64,000 bases of DNA, from the IMG/VR virus record IMGVR_UViG_3300032319_000936, positions 32,001 to 96,000 of that record; one strand, written 5' to 3'. A program made the position numbers and the translations under genes. Source of the stretch: a virus (lineage: Duplodnaviria > Caudoviricetes). Positions 40,663-49,649 of the stretch are shown here, piece after piece (positions within the stretch are counted from its first letter, which is position 1; the number at the start of each line of letters is the position of its first letter). Below the pieces are notes generated by a model that saw only the letters and a list, made by a program, of their open reading frames with translations, was not told where the DNA came from and made no database searches.

Positions 40663-41154
40663 TTACTTTTTAACCCTTGATTCGTACTTCCTCTTTATCG
40701 AAGAAGAGATCGGAATAGCAGATCCCTCCTCGTCTATTCTAACGAATGTTGCTCTTGCTCTTAGACACACAACTTCTGCTTCGCTTCTTAGGTTGTATTT
40801 TCTCATTTCCACTACGACATTAATAGAGGTATTCCCGATCGACTCTATACCGCAATATGTTTTTATCACATTCCCGACTTTCATTGGCATCAAGAAATCA
40901 GACGACAGAGATCTGGTAACCATCAGGGGTGTGTCGCATATTTCGGAAGCAAAGAAAGCTGCTATCTCGTCAACGTGAGACAGCAATATTCCTCCAAATG
41001 CATTGTTATGAACACCGAGATCTTTTGTCATACAGATCCATGTTGATCTCATAACCATACCTCCATCCCTTAATATCTGAACGTTCATGTCAGTTATTTC
41101 TTCTTTCTCTGGGTTTCTCTTTCCCGTTGTGTTATATTTTGCTTGTTCTTCCAT
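40663..41154 (-). CDS. HotDog-fold acyl-CoA thioesterase
   Basis: DLGVHNNAFGGILLSHVDE...F..PMKVG...GNTSI...ATFVRID. Confidence 0.8.
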   Translation of the reverse strand: MEEQAKYNTTGKRNPEKEEITDMNVQILRDGGMVMRSTWICMTKDLGVHNNAFGGILLSHVDEIAAFFASEICDTPLMVTRSLSSDFLMPMKVGNVIKTYCGIESIGNTSINVVVEMRKYNLRSEAEVVCLRARATFVRIDEEGSAIPISSSIKRKYESRVKK

Positions 41155-41163
41155 TTTATTGAT

Positions 41164-41508
41164 TTATTTCCAGAGTAATTGAATAAGAAGTATTACTACA
41201 GATAGACATAGGCACACTATAGTTTTTGATTTAAGTGGCTCGTCAAAGAGAGCTATAGACATGAAGGTATAGACAGTAACACCTATAACAAATCCTATTA
41301 GCCGGCTTGGCCAAAGCTCACCATTGAAAGCCATAATAAGATACTTAATGGATGACATATAAAAGAAAGATATTGGGATTCCACATAGCAACAAAACCCA
41401 TACATTATCCCTCATCCATTGATACTTCAGTGGTCCCTGATATTGATAGAAGGTACAAATCTGTGCTATTGTACCCCATAGAATCCCTTGAATCCAGTTA
41501 TTGTTCAT
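41164..41508 (-). CDS. Small multi-pass membrane protein (DMT-like)
   Basis: Four hydrophobic segments. Confidence 0.55.
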   Translation of the reverse strand: MNNNWIQGILWGTIAQICTFYQYQGPLKYQWMRDNVWVLLLCGIPISFFYMSSIKYLIMAFNGELWPSRLIGFVIGVTVYTFMSIALFDEPLKSKTIVCLCLSVVILLIQLLWK

Positions 41509-41519
41509 TAATTTTTATT

Positions 41520-42158
41520 TTAATCCCACCACTGTCTCAAGTCGCTTCCGTCATATTTCACATACCAGTCTTCATTTGAATCTCTTAAAGCATCATAGTC
41601 AGGCCCTTTGATAATTGCACATAGCTCTTCCCAATATTCCTTTTGTATCCCGTGAGCTCTCTTAAGGAGCTCCCCGTTTCTTTCTTTCTGATCTTGAGTT
41701 TCGTTATCCTTAAGTTGGTATAACTTTTCGTTCTTCTCACCTAACGGATTATCATAAGTTCTGCCTTCAATTTCTTCAAACTCAAAGTCACGGTAAACGT
41801 ATTCAAACCCGAGTTCTTTCTCAGCTTCCTCAACAAATGAGTCATTCACAAAAACATCAATAAGATATGAAAGTCGTTTCATCTTTGCAACTTTCTTCAT
41901 ACGGCTCTCATCGACCTCGTGTCCGTGTTTCTCAATTCTCCAGGTCATATCATCAACAGCAGTTTTAACCCAAGGTAAGATTGAAGCATCCCCGTTGTAC
42001 CAAGTGTGGTTCCATAAGTTCTTGCGGAATAACCAAAGATTGCTGAGGAATCTTGGGATGTCGTACCTGAACAGGTCCCAGGCTTTCCAATACCATTTTT
42101 CCCGGTTAATCATCTTTTCAAGGCTATCAAAAAAAGTTGTTCCGAATTGTGTTTTCAT
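41520..42158 (-). CDS. Hypothetical phage protein
   Basis: 212 aa ending DGSDLRQWWD. Confidence 0.65.
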   Translation of the reverse strand: MKTQFGTTFFDSLEKMINREKWYWKAWDLFRYDIPRFLSNLWLFRKNLWNHTWYNGDASILPWVKTAVDDMTWRIEKHGHEVDESRMKKVAKMKRLSYLIDVFVNDSFVEEAEKELGFEYVYRDFEFEEIEGRTYDNPLGEKNEKLYQLKDNETQDQKERNGELLKRAHGIQKEYWEELCAIIKGPDYDALRDSNEDWYVKYDGSDLRQWWD

Positions 42159-42194
42159 ATAATATCATATGAAGATTATCCGATTTTATTCCAC

Positions 42195-42221
42195 AAAAAA
42201 AACCGGATTACTCCGGTTTTT
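42195..42221. terminator. Intrinsic terminator
   Basis: AAAAAAAACCGGATTACTCCGGTTTTT. Confidence 0.75.
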
Positions 42222-42313
42222 GTATATCTTCGTTATTAGGTGACTCTAAAATCAATCTCTTGACTGAAGTGACGTAGTTGTCATAGGCATAAAGATTACC
42301 CCAGGGGGTAAAA

Positions 42314-42760
42314 TTATTCTTCGTCTTCTTCGCCTTCGCCTTCGTCTTCTTTTTCATCCTCTTCTTCCTCTTTTTCGTCGTCCATCATCTCCAATTCTGT
42401 TTTAACGTCTCCCTCGGGTTCCGTTATAAATTCAGTAGAGATAACTTCAGCACCCATTGGTTCCTCGTCTGCACCTTCCGCTTCTCCTCTTAGCCAGTTT
42501 GCAACTTCTGCAATATCGTCTGTTGAGGTTGCAAGATGATCGATAGCCCAATCGTGTCCAGCTGATAAGAAGGCATCTACCTTACTTTTATCCATAGCCA
42601 TTATCTCTTCTAGATAATGTTTAACTGTTGCTAGATTCTGAAAAAACATATAGTGCTTCAATTCACTATCGTGTGTGTGTTCCTTTAGTGAAGCATTGTT
42701 GTTTACTCCGGATGCTGGATTCTTTTTGGCGAAATCCTCAAATGTCAAAACTTTTCCCAT
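42314..42760 (-). CDS. Late protein with FxxF N-terminal motif and acidic tail
   Basis: MGKVLTFEDF...YMFFQNL...GHDWAIDHLATS; ends ...EGEGEDEE; GATATATA at 42785-42792. Confidence 0.7.
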   Translation of the reverse strand: MGKVLTFEDFAKKNPASGVNNNASLKEHTHDSELKHYMFFQNLATVKHYLEEIMAMDKSKVDAFLSAGHDWAIDHLATSTDDIAEVANWLRGEAEGADEEPMGAEVISTEFITEPEGDVKTELEMMDDEKEEEEDEKEDEGEGEEDEE

Positions 42761-42803
42761 TTTTAAATTTTTATTTTATTTAACTATATATCTTTCCTTT
42801 TTG

Positions 42804-43532
42804 CTAAATCCTATTACTATAAGAAACGATCTCACCTTTCTCAACCTCCAGTACCCATGGCATATTAGATGGGTAATATCTTTCGTCCAGAGAGCAACAG
42901 TTAAAATAATGAGTACCGTTATCCAGAGCGTGTCCATAAGACTCGTGTATATGCCCAAAAAAGTGAGCTTTTATATTTCTTTCAGAAATTCTGCCCGATA
43001 AATTGCTGCAGCCAACACCTATAGTGGATCCATATTTTACTGCATCAAGTATATTGAACGGCGGTCCATGAGTTATAAGGACGTCTGTATTTTGAGGTAT
43101 CTTTTCCCAAATAGAGTCTATCATAGGACCTCTATCATAATTAAACCCCCAGCCATATCCAAAAGTAGGTGTAGCAGCGGATCCCCAAAAATTCAATCCC
43201 TCGATGGTAACACCAGAATTGTCCAGGTAGTGGACGTTTTTGTTTTTTCTTAGCCTAGCAAAGAAATCCGAATGTATCCAGTGAGAATCGTCATCCTCTC
43301 CGAAGAAGCTCTGTCTCGTGCCCCTAATATAAGGGTCTAGTGTAACGTCATGATTTCCAGCTATAAATACCTTGTGCTTGTGCGGCAGATTCAGAAACCA
43401 ATCAAGAAAATCGCTTATCTCTTCCTTTCTGCCTTTATAAGTAAAATCGCCAGCATGTACCAATACGTCTCCGTCTGGTATGGATAATTCTCTTTCCTTG
43501 GTATGCGTATCTGATATAGCTACTATTCTCAT
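42804..43532 (-). CDS. Metallophosphoesterase
   Basis: ISDTH, VHAGDF, IAGNHD, LITHGPP, FGHIHE. Confidence 0.9.
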   Translation of the reverse strand: MRIVAISDTHTKERELSIPDGDVLVHAGDFTYKGRKEEISDFLDWFLNLPHKHKVFIAGNHDVTLDPYIRGTRQSFFGEDDDSHWIHSDFFARLRKNKNVHYLDNSGVTIEGLNFWGSAATPTFGYGWGFNYDRGPMIDSIWEKIPQNTDVLITHGPPFNILDAVKYGSTIGVGCSNLSGRISERNIKAHFFGHIHESYGHALDNGTHYFNCCSLDERYYPSNMPWVLEVEKGEIVSYSNRI

Positions 43533-43542
43533 GTCTATATAA

Positions 43543-44196
43543 TTAGTGCAAAACTAATTTAAGTTTCCGTCTTAAATCCGAAAAACTGAGATGATAATAC
43601 TTTTCTAGATAATTTTTCGGTAGTTCGAACTGTGACGGACTAGATGAATTTACAAAGGATCTAGACACGTAAGTCTGGCCGTTTGAAAGGGATCTTGCTA
43701 TCTTTATACAATCGGTTGGTACAGAAACACCGCCCATCATGCTATAGCCAGATCTAAATTCATTTATGCAAATAACAAGAAGTGAATCAGTCTGAGATAT
43801 TCTTCTAATCTCCTCCTCTGTTACCTTCCATATGCCTCTATTAAGTTCAGGCCTCTGCGGAACGCAATTGTAATATCTGAATGTTAATTCATCAAGCTCA
43901 CAGTTAAAGGCAAAGTCCTCAGCATTTGCAAGGTGTCCTTTGTCATATCCGCTTTTAAGATACTCCTTTGTTGTTGCAGCAGGTATCTTGAGATCATTCT
44001 TAAATGAGAACTTATCCCTCTTACAAGGTCCTCCACCTTTATAGAGTTTGTATGTTACCATAACCGGATTTCTATATTTATTGGAAAAATAAGAAGCGTA
44101 TCCATTATTATAGACCACTGTATCCCATTGCAATACCTGAGCTGCAGATAAAAAAGAGATAAAAAATAAAAAGATAAACAGTGTGTATTTTTTCAT
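43543..44196 (-). CDS. DNA/RNA non-specific endonuclease (NucA-type) with signal peptide
   Basis: Likely start MKKYTLFIFLFF at 44196; SGYDKGHLA, NCVPQ..LNRGIW..E. Confidence 0.8.
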   Translation of the reverse strand: MKKYTLFIFLFFISFLSAAQVLQWDTVVYNNGYASYFSNKYRNPVMVTYKLYKGGGPCKRDKFSFKNDLKIPAATTKEYLKSGYDKGHLANAEDFAFNCELDELTFRYYNCVPQRPELNRGIWKVTEEEIRRISQTDSLLVICINEFRSGYSMMGGVSVPTDCIKIARSLSNGQTYVSRSFVNSSSPSQFELPKNYLEKYYHLSFSDLRRKLKLVLH

Positions 44197-44227
44197 AATA
44201 TAGTATTTATCAAAAATTTTTAAAAAA

Positions 44228-44623
44228 ATGAAGTTTGAGCCTTTCCACCAACACCTATTAGTAAAAGGAAAAATTAACAACCCAACAAAGAGCACAGAAG
44301 TATTAGACCAGTGGCTTATAGATCTTGTACATAAAGTAGGCATGGAAGTTCTAGCAGGACCAAATTCTGTTTACTGCGATCATCCAGGAAACGAAGGAAT
44401 AACAGGTACAATAGTTCTTTCGACATCACATGCCTCTATCCACATATGGGACTCTGTAACCCCTAGTGATTTTCAATTCGACATCTATTCGTGCAAGCCG
44501 TTTCTTTCTGAAACAGTTCTGGAACACCTGGATCAATTCGGATTAGTAGAATACAATCTGCTGATGATAGACAGAAACGGTAATATGAAAATAGTGGAGG
44601 AAGCTAAAAGTTCTAAAGCTTAA
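44228..44623 (+). CDS. speD: S-adenosylmethionine decarboxylase proenzyme
   Basis: HQHLLV, GNEGITGTIVLSTSHASIHIWD, QFDIYSC. Confidence 0.8.
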   Translation: MKFEPFHQHLLVKGKINNPTKSTEVLDQWLIDLVHKVGMEVLAGPNSVYCDHPGNEGITGTIVLSTSHASIHIWDSVTPSDFQFDIYSCKPFLSETVLEHLDQFGLVEYNLLMIDRNGNMKIVEEAKSSKA

Positions 44624-44628
44624 TAGCT

Positions 44629-45342
44629 TCAGTCCCAGTATCCCCAGTCCCTCATAAAAAATTCCTTGTTATTACGATTGAGGAAACTTCTTATGGCCAT
44701 CTTAATCATCCATATTGGTTTTTTCTTGGAGAATCTTCTGCTGGAAGTGTAAACGACGGCCCAAAATGGAATTGAGAATTTTTTAGGGTCTACCTCTTTG
44801 CTTAGATAGTAATCCTCAGCGTATACTATCTCCTCGTCAAACATACCTAAATTAGAGAAAGATTCGGCTCTAAATAGCATGAATCCCCCTATGGCGAAAG
44901 GAGATGCCCATCCTGTCATAATATGGGATAGGTCCTTTAATCTATACATCCAATTAAATTTACCATCGAAACTTCTAACCCTACAGCTAGTCAGATCTAG
45001 TTCTTTATCTTCCATTTTCTGGATGAGATCATGCAGTAAGAATCCATTTTTTATCCTCATGTCAGCATCTATAAAAACGACATATTCAGAGTCACTAACT
45101 AGGGAGAATCCTTTATTTCTACCCTCTGCGGGTAGTCCACCCTGTACTATTTTACAATTTATTCCCTGGAAACTATCTCTTTTGAAATGTAGGTCTATTA
45201 TAGATTTGGTGTTATCTGTGGAACAATCTGCTACTATGATATCCTTTATACTAATCCATCTTTGATTGCAAAGATCATCAAGCAGGATAGTTATATCCTC
45301 GCCCTCATTTTTGCATGGTATTACAACAGACAGGTTAAACAT
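44629..45342 (-). CDS. Glycosyltransferase family 2
   Basis: SVVIPCKNE, VADCSTDNT, GRNKG, FIDAD, AEDY, TSSRRF. Confidence 0.85.
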   Translation of the reverse strand: MFNLSVVIPCKNEGEDITILLDDLCNQRWISIKDIIVADCSTDNTKSIIDLHFKRDSFQGINCKIVQGGLPAEGRNKGFSLVSDSEYVVFIDADMRIKNGFLLHDLIQKMEDKELDLTSCRVRSFDGKFNWMYRLKDLSHIMTGWASPFAIGGFMLFRAESFSNLGMFDEEIVYAEDYYLSKEVDPKKFSIPFWAVVYTSSRRFSKKKPIWMIKMAIRSFLNRNNKEFFMRDWGYWD

Positions 45343-46051
45343 TCTCGAAGGTTCTTATTTCAAATATACCAGATTTTTCAATTATATAAGAATTATTTTC
45401 TATCCAATCACCACAGTTTAAATATCTGATTTCTCCTATCATTTTATCCTGTGGAGTGTGTATATGACCGCATATAACACCAGTGCATCCTTTTTTAACA
45501 GCAGCATCAGTTAGGGTTTCTTCAAAGTGACCAATATACTTGGCTGCTTTCTTGACAGAGTCTTTTACGAATTTAGAAAATGAAGATGGCTGCATTCCCA
45601 AAAAAAGACGGATCCTATTATTTGCCTTGTTTATATTTATAACTACCTCGTATCCCCAAGCACCAAGAACCGATATGAATTTACCATACTTAACTATTGG
45701 ATCGTACAAATCACCATGTGTTATGAAATAGCCATTATAGAAAGCCTCATCCGTGACGTGGATGTTCCCGAAATTAAGTGGAACATACTCCCTTAAGAAA
45801 TCGTCATGGTTACCCGTTATGTAATTGACCTCTACACCCTTTTTAGATAGCGATAGTATCTTTTTAAGAACCTTAGTGTGGCTTTCGGGCCAATGGTGTC
45901 TTTTTTTCAAAAGCCATCCGTCGATGAAATCCCCAACTATAAAAAGCTTCTTAAATTTATACTCCTTAAGTACTTTTCTTAAGTATTCGGCATTAGATCC
46001 TTTACTGCCTAGATGAACATCAGAAATAAAAAGAGAATCAATTTTTTCCAC
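45335..46051 (-). CDS. LpxH2/PlcP-like metallophosphoesterase
   Basis: FISDVHLG, VGDFIDGW, GNHDDFLR, HGDLYD, CGHIH, NCGDWIEN. Confidence 0.8.
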   Translation of the reverse strand: MEKIDSLFISDVHLGSKGSNAEYLRKVLKEYKFKKLFIVGDFIDGWLLKKRHHWPESHTKVLKKILSLSKKGVEVNYITGNHDDFLREYVPLNFGNIHVTDEAFYNGYFITHGDLYDPIVKYGKFISVLGAWGYEVVININKANNRIRLFLGMQPSSFSKFVKDSVKKAAKYIGHFEETLTDAAVKKGCTGVICGHIHTPQDKMIGEIRYLNCGDWIENNSYIIEKSGIFEIRTFENV

Positions 46052-46124
46052 AACTTATATAATAGATTTCTTACTGTTATAATGTTAGGACTCTATTAAA
46101 TTATCCAGTCTAAATCGTGGGGGG

Positions 46125-46559
46125 TTACCAATATGAATCCCTGGTGTCATCCTCGTTGTAGCCATCCTCGTCCCAGTCGCTTTCACCGTAATTTCTGAGA
46201 TCGTTTTCTATTTCAGAGAATTCCCATGCGTCTTTATTTCTGAACCATAGTAAATTAAAATCATCCATATCTGATCCCCACTCTATTCTAGAATCTATCG
46301 TGCATCCTCCGGGAAGAAATTTTTCGAGAAGACTAAATATCTCCGGTATCTGATCGGAATAATTAACCGGGAATTCATTATCTTCTATGTTGATGAATAT
46401 GTAATTCTGAAAATTGATTGATATGCTGTTTAATATAGGCTCTAATAAATCGCTAGACTTAGAATCAGTTTCAAGTAGATTTATTATGCTCTCCAGATCC
46501 TCTGGACTGCTTTTTTCGTTTGATATAATATCAACTGTGAAATAATAAGAATTCTTCAT
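46125..46559 (-). CDS. Acidic hypothetical protein
   Basis: 144 aa, D/E-rich. Confidence 0.6.
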   Translation of the reverse strand: MKNSYYFTVDIISNEKSSPEDLESIINLLETDSKSSDLLEPILNSISINFQNYIFINIEDNEFPVNYSDQIPEIFSLLEKFLPGGCTIDSRIEWGSDMDDFNLLWFRNKDAWEFSEIENDLRNYGESDWDEDGYNEDDTRDSYW

Positions 46560-46631
46560 AATCAGTATATACCTATTTATTTTTTCACAAAAAAAGTGCT
46601 AAAAGCACTTTTTTCATAGGTTGGTTTTGTA

Positions 46632-46964
46632 TTACTTGACTTCCGATTCCGTTTCTGATTCCACAGTCTCTTCTTGTAACATTTTATCTCTATCTGCCTT
46701 TGTCTCCTCACTCATTTCTCTTACTACGATAGAAAAAGTTTTTCCTGTACTAGGACACTTAAAGGTTGCAGCCGTTCCGGCTATAGCAGGAACGTTTAGA
46801 ACGAAATCTCCAACGTCACCTTCCTCCCTGCTCCATGCAAAGATTACTGGCTCGCCGTTGTCAAACTGGAAGCACCATTCAGCTTGGCCCAATCTAGCTT
46901 GCTCTCCTAGGTTCATGTTTGCAGATTCCATTTCGTTCTCTTGTGTTTCGATGTTATTCTCCAT
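46632..46964 (-). CDS. Hypothetical protein
   Basis: 110 aa; terminator AAAAAAGTGCTAAAAGCACTTTTT downstream. Confidence 0.6.
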   Translation of the reverse strand: MENNIETQENEMESANMNLGEQARLGQAEWCFQFDNGEPVIFAWSREEGDVGDFVLNVPAIAGTAATFKCPSTGKTFSIVVREMSEETKADRDKMLQEETVESETESEVK

Positions 46965-46978
46965 TTTTTATTGTTTTT

Positions 46979-47710
46979 TTATTTTACTATCTTAGTTGTA
47001 TATAGTTTCCCTGTTGAATCATTTATTATAATCACATAAGTTCCTTGATCTAGTTCAGAAGAGTCTACCCTTACTAAACTTGAGGCATATCTATTTTGAT
47101 AAACGCATCTGCCATCGATTGACATAACCTTAATATTTCCACTATTAGATGGGGTTGTAACGTTAATCATATCGGATATAGGATTTGGCCAAACTTTAAC
47201 GTTGTTAGTTAATTCAGTTACACCATCTACGCATTGTAATTTATAAATCCATGCACCTACTATATCGTTTGGAATTGTATCTGGTATAGAGTTCCACATA
47301 GTGTTACATATAATGCCATCACCGTCTGTATCGTACATAGGGTCTATGGCACAATAACAATCTTCCACATAATTTAAACAGAAATCCAAAGAATCCCCAT
47401 TATAAGGTAAATTAAACAAGAACTGGGTGCTTATCCATTGTGTGGCCGCATCATCACTATAAACTATGGCAATAGCTATGGGTGTCATACTTGATTCTAG
47501 TGTAACGTTAGGGAAGCCACACTCATATATAGGGTTACCGGGTGCTGGTTGTCTAACTGATACTTTAGCATTGAAACCTAATGAATCAGGAAACTGTAAA
47601 AGTAAATATGAAGGTGAATTTGGGGTTACAATGATGGTATCAACTTGCGAAAACCCAACCAATGTTGATAAGCTCAATAGAGCAAAAAGAAATAGTTTAA
47701 TTTTTTTCAT
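46979..47710 (-). CDS. T9SS type-A sorting-domain protein
   Basis: Signal peptide (..GFS-Q); C-terminal domain VKVWPNP...IKVMSIDGR...GTYVIII...KIVK. Confidence 0.8.
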   Translation of the reverse strand: MKKIKLFLFALLSLSTLVGFSQVDTIIVTPNSPSYLLLQFPDSLGFNAKVSVRQPAPGNPIYECGFPNVTLESSMTPIAIAIVYSDDAATQWISTQFLFNLPYNGDSLDFCLNYVEDCYCAIDPMYDTDGDGIICNTMWNSIPDTIPNDIVGAWIYKLQCVDGVTELTNNVKVWPNPISDMINVTTPSNSGNIKVMSIDGRCVYQNRYASSLVRVDSSELDQGTYVIIINDSTGKLYTTKIVK

Positions 47711-47728
47711 AATTTTTTGTTTACTTTT

Positions 47729-48580
47729 TTAGAGTGTTTCTTTCTTTTGTTCCTCACTTCCTATTGAATTTTCTATCTCGCAAAAAAAATCAACCACGAA
47801 TTTGCACTTTTCAAACTCATCTGTTGATTCGTAATATTCTAATAGAGTATTTTTTATTGAGTTTCTTTTTTTTACTACACCCTGTGAATAACTCTTAAAA
47901 AATTCAGAGTATCCATATTTTTTCATTGTGTGTATAGTGTTTTCGAATATCTGTCTATTTAATTTTTCCACCTTCATTGGGTTTAGCTGAGTCCATTATA
48001 TATTTTAGGGTCATGCATTTTTCATATTCCTCGAAGTATTCTAGGGACCTAATGCATTCCTTTATCGTTTCACTGGAAAAGTTTTTACCTTTGCTCCTAC
48101 TTATATCAGTAAAGAGTGCTAGGGTATTTGTGTACTTTTTTCTATCCCCGTCGGTTACCATGATTTATAACCTTTTGTTTTCCTATATTCCTCTATGACA
48201 TCCTTTATTTCAATACACTTTTCGTAGTCTTCGTTATTTTCTGAATAATGAAGATAGTTCTCCAAAAGAGCATCAAATTGATTTTCGCTTAGAGTTATAG
48301 ATGTTATTTCGCTGCCATCAGGGGTCTCGGATTCCACTTGGAATATTGTTGCTGTAGATTCGCAGTTATCTATAGCTTTCCTAACAGAGTCATAAAGGAT
48401 TTTCCAGAATGCGTCTCTGTCAGTCTTCGTTAATTGAAGAAGGTAGTCAAGAGAGTAGCTTTCTTCTTCCTTCATATCTGCTATTTTTTTTAAGCTCCCA
48501 CGTTGAAAATGACTTTCACTGCTATTGCTATTAATGCACCGAATATAATCCACATGGCTTTGTTTATCCCACTTTGCCAT
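47729..48580 (-). CDS. Three adjacent small ORFs each with an E(E/D)(Y/F)EKC UVR-like motif (47729-47977, 47955-48161, 48155-48580)
   Basis: DEFEKC, EEYEKC and EDYEKC near each C-terminus. Confidence 0.5.
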
Positions 48581-48876
48581 TTTTTAAGATCCTGTACATC
48601 GACATTTATTTTCATATAGTCCTCAAACCTATCCTCTTCTTGCATTCTGAATTTAGTGTTTTCGTTGACCCTTACGATAACGCCGTCATACGGATCCAGA
48701 AGTTTCTTCTTAAGTTCGGAAAGATCCTCTTTCATTGATTTCTGTGAATCTCTCATCTCATCTATGCTTTTTTCCAACACTTTTAGTTCCCCATTGGGCA
48801 TTCTATTACCCATTTTCTGTAACTCTTCTAGTACCTGTCTTATAAGCACGGATTCGTTTTTGTTCTCTGGCATCAT
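48490..48876 (-). CDS. Coiled-coil protein with C-terminal TM helix
   Basis: Ends AMWIIFGALIAIAVKVIF. Confidence 0.55.
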   Translation of the reverse strand: MMPENKNESVLIRQVLEELQKMGNRMPNGELKVLEKSIDEMRDSQKSMKEDLSELKKKLLDPYDGVIVRVNENTKFRMQEEDRFEDYMKINVDVQDLKKWQSGINKAMWIIFGALIAIAVKVIFNVGA

Positions 48877-49649
48877 CTTAATAGTAATTTTAGATCTAAA
48901 TGATCCTACTATATATTAAGAAAGAGCTGGAAAAATGGATGTTATCGAAGAGTATTCCGGGGATCCATAAAAACAGAAATCCCAGGGAACGCTGAGAGTA
49001 TCTCGAAGCATTCCTCGCTGCTTTCCAAAAAGAACTCAGCATAAAAGGTATCCTCTGGATTTCCCATCTTTTCCTTAAGGATATTGCATCTGAAATAGTC
49101 AATGACCGAGCAAGCCTCTATGTGAGTTTTTGGATTGCTTGTTTGTATGGTGAATTTAACCAATTTTAAATTTTTTTAAGATAATCCGAAAGCTGCAGTT
49201 ACCAAGTCGGAGTGAACCCTATAGTATTTATTAGACTCGGTCTCTCTAACGAGCATATTCATCGCATCTATAGCTCCCTCCACTACGTAGGTCTTATCCT
49301 CCCAGATAAAATCCTTTCCTAAATCAGAGAGCTCTAGCTTTGATCTCCTCATCCACTTGCTTTGATTTCTATTAAATAGCTTTCTATAAGATACCATTAG
49401 ACTCTCGCTTGGCTCTATGACCTGCTTGAATTCCGTTTTGTGTTTCTCCATCATAACTTTATATTATTACTTATTGACTAAAATATTTGCTATCTTTGGT
49501 TAAATTTATTTTACCTTTCTTGTAATCATTTAGTTTAAATCTTAAGAGGGCACCGAATTCGTAATTGTTTGGAGTTTCTCTTTCCATCTCAATTAAGTGC
49601 TTAATAAACCTGTCACTCTTTGATTCGAATAATCTTCTTATAAAATTCA

